64,000 nt of DNA from Vitrella brassicaformis CCMP3155 (lineage: Eukaryota > Protista > Chromerida): the NCBI GenBank assembly GCA_001179505.1, contig CDMY01000422.1, positions 16,075-80,074 on the forward strand, read 5' to 3'. The notes under the pieces are model-generated. The model did not search any database. It was not told the DNA's origin and saw nothing but the letters and a program-made list of their open reading frames with translations. Below, in pieces: positions 60,557 through 64,000 of the stretch; position 1 is the first letter of the stretch, and each line of letters begins with the position of its first letter. Both the position numbers and the translations under genes were made by a program.

Positions 60557-63500
60557 TCATCCTCCTACCCTCCCACGTACCTGATGTAGCTTTTCGGTGC
60601 CTTGCTCATTCTCGCGCCGTGCTGTCAGTGCTCTTCGCAAGTCGCCAGTGTGGTGCCTGGTTGTGAGAGTGGGAGAGAGCGCATCGTGGACCCTTCTGGG
60701 AGCATTGCCTTTGGGAACCATCCCCATCGAGATGCGGTGAGCCATGTCTTCAGAGGCAGCGATGTCGCTGAAGTGGGCCATGCACTCCTTGATTATCTCA
60801 TTCCTCACCCTCCTGCACAAGGACCACACAACACCACCACCAGACCAACAGGCAATCCTTGCTGCCTGTGTTGTGGGTCTGTCAGTATGCCATGTATGCA
60901 CATCTGTGTGTGATGCGTCAGTGCAGGTCTTGCCTGCCGAGATCCAGCCGCAGCTTGAGGATGCGTCGGACCACCCCCACGTCGAAGTGCGGGCCATATT
61001 TCCGGCGAAAGTCGGGCAGGCACAGCAACAACAGCTGGGCGTTCCCGCAGAGAAGCTGTTTCAAGTCATGAAACGGCACAAGGTGACCCTCCAAAGATCT
61101 GACAGAGAGATGCACACACATAGGCAATATCCGGCTTCCATCCAGATCTACGGCCTCACCCCGGCGATAGGAACGCCCCGAAGAAGCTGTATAGATGTTT
61201 TTCGTCGAGTATGAGCCGATCGGTCAGCTTGTCTTGCAGCCGCGGACTCATCGCCCTGCAGTCATCCATCCCACACAGCCAGCCACATGAAAGGAATCAG
61301 ATGCCTGCCTGCACCTGTCTCTTGCCCTGCCTACCTTGAAGGGTTCTTCCCGTACAGCAGTTTGTGTGTATAAGCGGCCACAATGAGGCGCAGGATCTCC
61401 TCTGCCACCTTGGTGAGGCTGCTCTTGCGCAGGTCGGCCCCGACAGCGGTAAAGATCGGCGTGAGGTGGACCTGCTGCAGACTCGGAAGGTTGACATCGA
61501 GCACGCTTCTTCTCCTGCCAACGTCGACAAGGACAGGCCCCACGATCCTCTGCACAAGCACGCCCCCCAGCCGTTCACCCAAACTCGCGAAACGGGATAT
61601 CTCCTCGTCCAGGCGGAAGCACGGAGGTCGGCCGACAACCCTCCTGGACCTGTGCCGGCTGCCCATGCTTCGAGACAGTGGCAGACACTCCCAACAGTCC
61701 TCCAGCCTGAGTGAAACCACCAACCAACTGCAGCCCCCTGCCTCGTCCGAGAGTCAGTGTCTGTGCTCCGTGCTATTCTGTCATAATGATGCGCCATAGT
61801 GATGCGGCTAGCCTATGTCGCATCCATTTTGTTGTACCTCGGGCGTCGCCAGTCGAAGGGCTGGCTGCTTGCATCCTGGTCAGGTTGGGGGAGAGGAGGC
61901 CCGAGGGGCCGTTGCAAATGCTCCAGACATCGCCGTCCTCCACCATTAGCCCACGTCGCCTTGCGTAGCTCGCCACACGCCTTGATATGTTGGTGGACGA
62001 GACTAGATAAGATGTCGATCGTCTCATGACAGCTCTGAACGAAGAGCGCAACGTTGTTAATCTGGGCGCAGAGGGCCTCGCTGGACACAATGTCCATTCG
62101 GAAAAGGCTGGACAGAACAGTGCTGCCGCTGCTTTGGTCGAAGCAGCGTGGTCCGACGCAAGGTGGGTCCGCCTGCAGGAAGGCCGTCTCCATGAGCGTC
62201 ACGTAGCCGGTAAGAAGGACCCTCGTGACTTCCACCACCTTCTGTGTCAATGCAGGCACGAGTAGCTGCCGGGCAATGTCCAGTTGCTCCAGGATGACTC
62301 GAAAAATGTCCACAGGAGCCGATGTGTGCGCCCATCCTGCTCTCTCGTCTCGCAGCAAGGAAGGCAGCCTCTCCTCGCCCAGACGTGGCCCCACAGCTGC
62401 GTCTCCCCTCCGTTCCTCTGGCTTGCTGCGTGCTGGCACGATCTCGGGCTCGCTTCTGAAGGTCCTGATCCGGCCGAGACTCCCTTCCTGGAGGTGTCGC
62501 GCATGCCCACCTCCCCTGTCGAGCCTTTCGTCTGGCACTTCCATCCATCGTTCATCCAGGAGGGAAGGGACGGCTGACGACCGACTCCACTCGTTGCCAG
62601 GGCCGAAGGACAGCGAGGAGGAGTAAAGGCTAGAAGTGTCGGGATGACGACCGAGCCATAGCTCGTTCCTCATGATGTTAAGCAGGAGGTCTTGGGCGTT
62701 GAGTCCCACCCGTATCCCGTATGCATGTGCCAGAGCTTCCACTATGTCGTCCATCACCTCGTCCGCCACGCCGCCCCGCTCCAACGCGACTTGAAGACCA
62801 CTCACTCGACGGAGAAAGTGCAGGATGATATGAGGGCTCGGGCGTCGGGCCGCCAACGTAGCTGTAATACGCCGAGAGGGAGCCTCGAGGTCGAGATGAC
62901 CGCTGCTTCTCAGGCTGCTGTGTGGTCGTGATTCATCGGCGTAAGTGGCGGTAATGTGTGTCCACAGAGACCCGATGACGGTGTAGATGCGATGGCAGTA
63001 CTCATCAATAACGAAACCCGTGATAGATTGCAGGTACGCTTCAGGCAGCCGCTCCACCCGTCTTCGCATCTCGGTTGGGCCACCGCCGGTAGACTCCACA
63101 GCAGCGCCATCGGACACTTGACGAGCTGGGCGTGCAGCTTCGTCATCAAGACCGCCAGTGGACGTCGAGACCGCTGCACCCTCCACCCCACTCAGGCAGC
63201 GTCCAATCGACCTCTCAAGCACCCCCACGCCAGACGAGGCGAATTCATCCAGTAAGTCAAACGCCTGCACACACACACGCCGCACCCATTCGGCACGAAG
63301 GACGATAACTAATGATCTTCACAGAGGCAATGCAGGTCACCTCGTCGAGCGTCAGTGTGGCCGCAAGTTTGTTGGTAAGCGCCGCGTTGTCCGCACCGGA
63401 CACGTCATCCTCGTCGAGGGCCTGTGAGCAAGACACAGCAACGACAAAGAAGGAAGTCGCGTTTCCACCGACTGACTTACGCGTGCTAGCAGACAGCGGA

Positions 63501-63588
63501 GTTGGCCTTCAACAGCCCGCTTCGCTTGGCTCGCGTGTCCATCAAGCAACGTTGCCAGGACATCTTCTTCTCTCTGCTCATGCTTCAT
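60557..63588 (-). CDS. Probable exocyst subunit Sec6/EXOC3-like helical protein, multi-exon
   Basis: Helical-rod composition; ALCAQINN; C-terminal PDFRRKYGPHFDVGVVRRILKLRLDL...NEIIKEC resembles the Sec6 terminal motif. Confidence 0.45.
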
Positions 63589-63699
63589 TGTTCATCGTTG
63601 GAAACATGTTCTTCTACTTTCTCGTGGCCAGATCAAGAAGCGAAGCACATGGGCTCATGTTTCATTGCACCGACTGACCACGGGAGTTAGAGCACACTG

Positions 63700-64000
63700 T
63701 GTGAAATCTGCAGAGTGATCATTTTCCCCTATAGAAGAAGGGCACACTGAGTGATCCTGATAATTATCGTGGTATTCACTTACTGTCTGTATTCATGAAG
63801 CTGTATGGTAATGTGCTTCAGCCATTGCTGCTGCAGCAAGCCAAGGTATGCCCTGAACAGGCAGGATTTCGTACGGATCACTCCACTATCGGGCATTGTT
63901 TTGTGTTAGCCACACTCATCGAACGTGCCAAGCGAGCGGGCTCTCCATTCTATGTGTGCTTTGTGGATTTTCGTAAAGCCTTCGACTCGATCAATCGCCG
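63700..64000 (+). mobile_element. APE-type LINE reverse transcriptase fragment with an in-frame stop, running off the window end
   Basis: FPL*KKGTLSDPDNYRGIHLLSVFMKLY...EQAGFRTDHSTIGH...FYVCFVDFRKAFDSINR (RT subdomains 0-3); TAG at 63732-63734 where Tyr/Phe is expected. Confidence 0.92.

Overview
Intron-rich, GC-rich eukaryotic DNA with GT-AG introns and many (CA)n/(GT)n tracts. Gene content (flagellar IFT54, a signal-peptide-bearing ClpR, AP2-type domains) suggests a chromerid alveolate such as Vitrella; this is inference. Recognisable housekeeping genes: SEY1/RHD3, a SEC14/CRAL-TRIO protein, BAF60/SMARCD, a DUSP-like pseudophosphatase, pantothenate kinase, a probable TFIIIC B-block subunit, DDX6, IFT54, ClpR, a PH-domain protein and a probable Sec6. 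Accessory islands between them hold relics of several mobile elements: two APE-type LINE fragments, one RLE-type LINE fragment, two inverted copies of a Pif1-carrying Helitron-like element, and a dispersed ~120-bp GCATGC-rich repeat. The most unusual signal is a three-locus family of tandem AP2-like repeats in which each complete repeat carries a C-x3-F ... H-x5-C-(x2)-C signature, suggesting a zinc-binding AP2 variant. One copy's 3' flank is interrupted by the Helitron-like element, and its paralog shows the empty site. Exon boundaries and family calls were made by eye; no database searches were run. There are two 300-N gaps.
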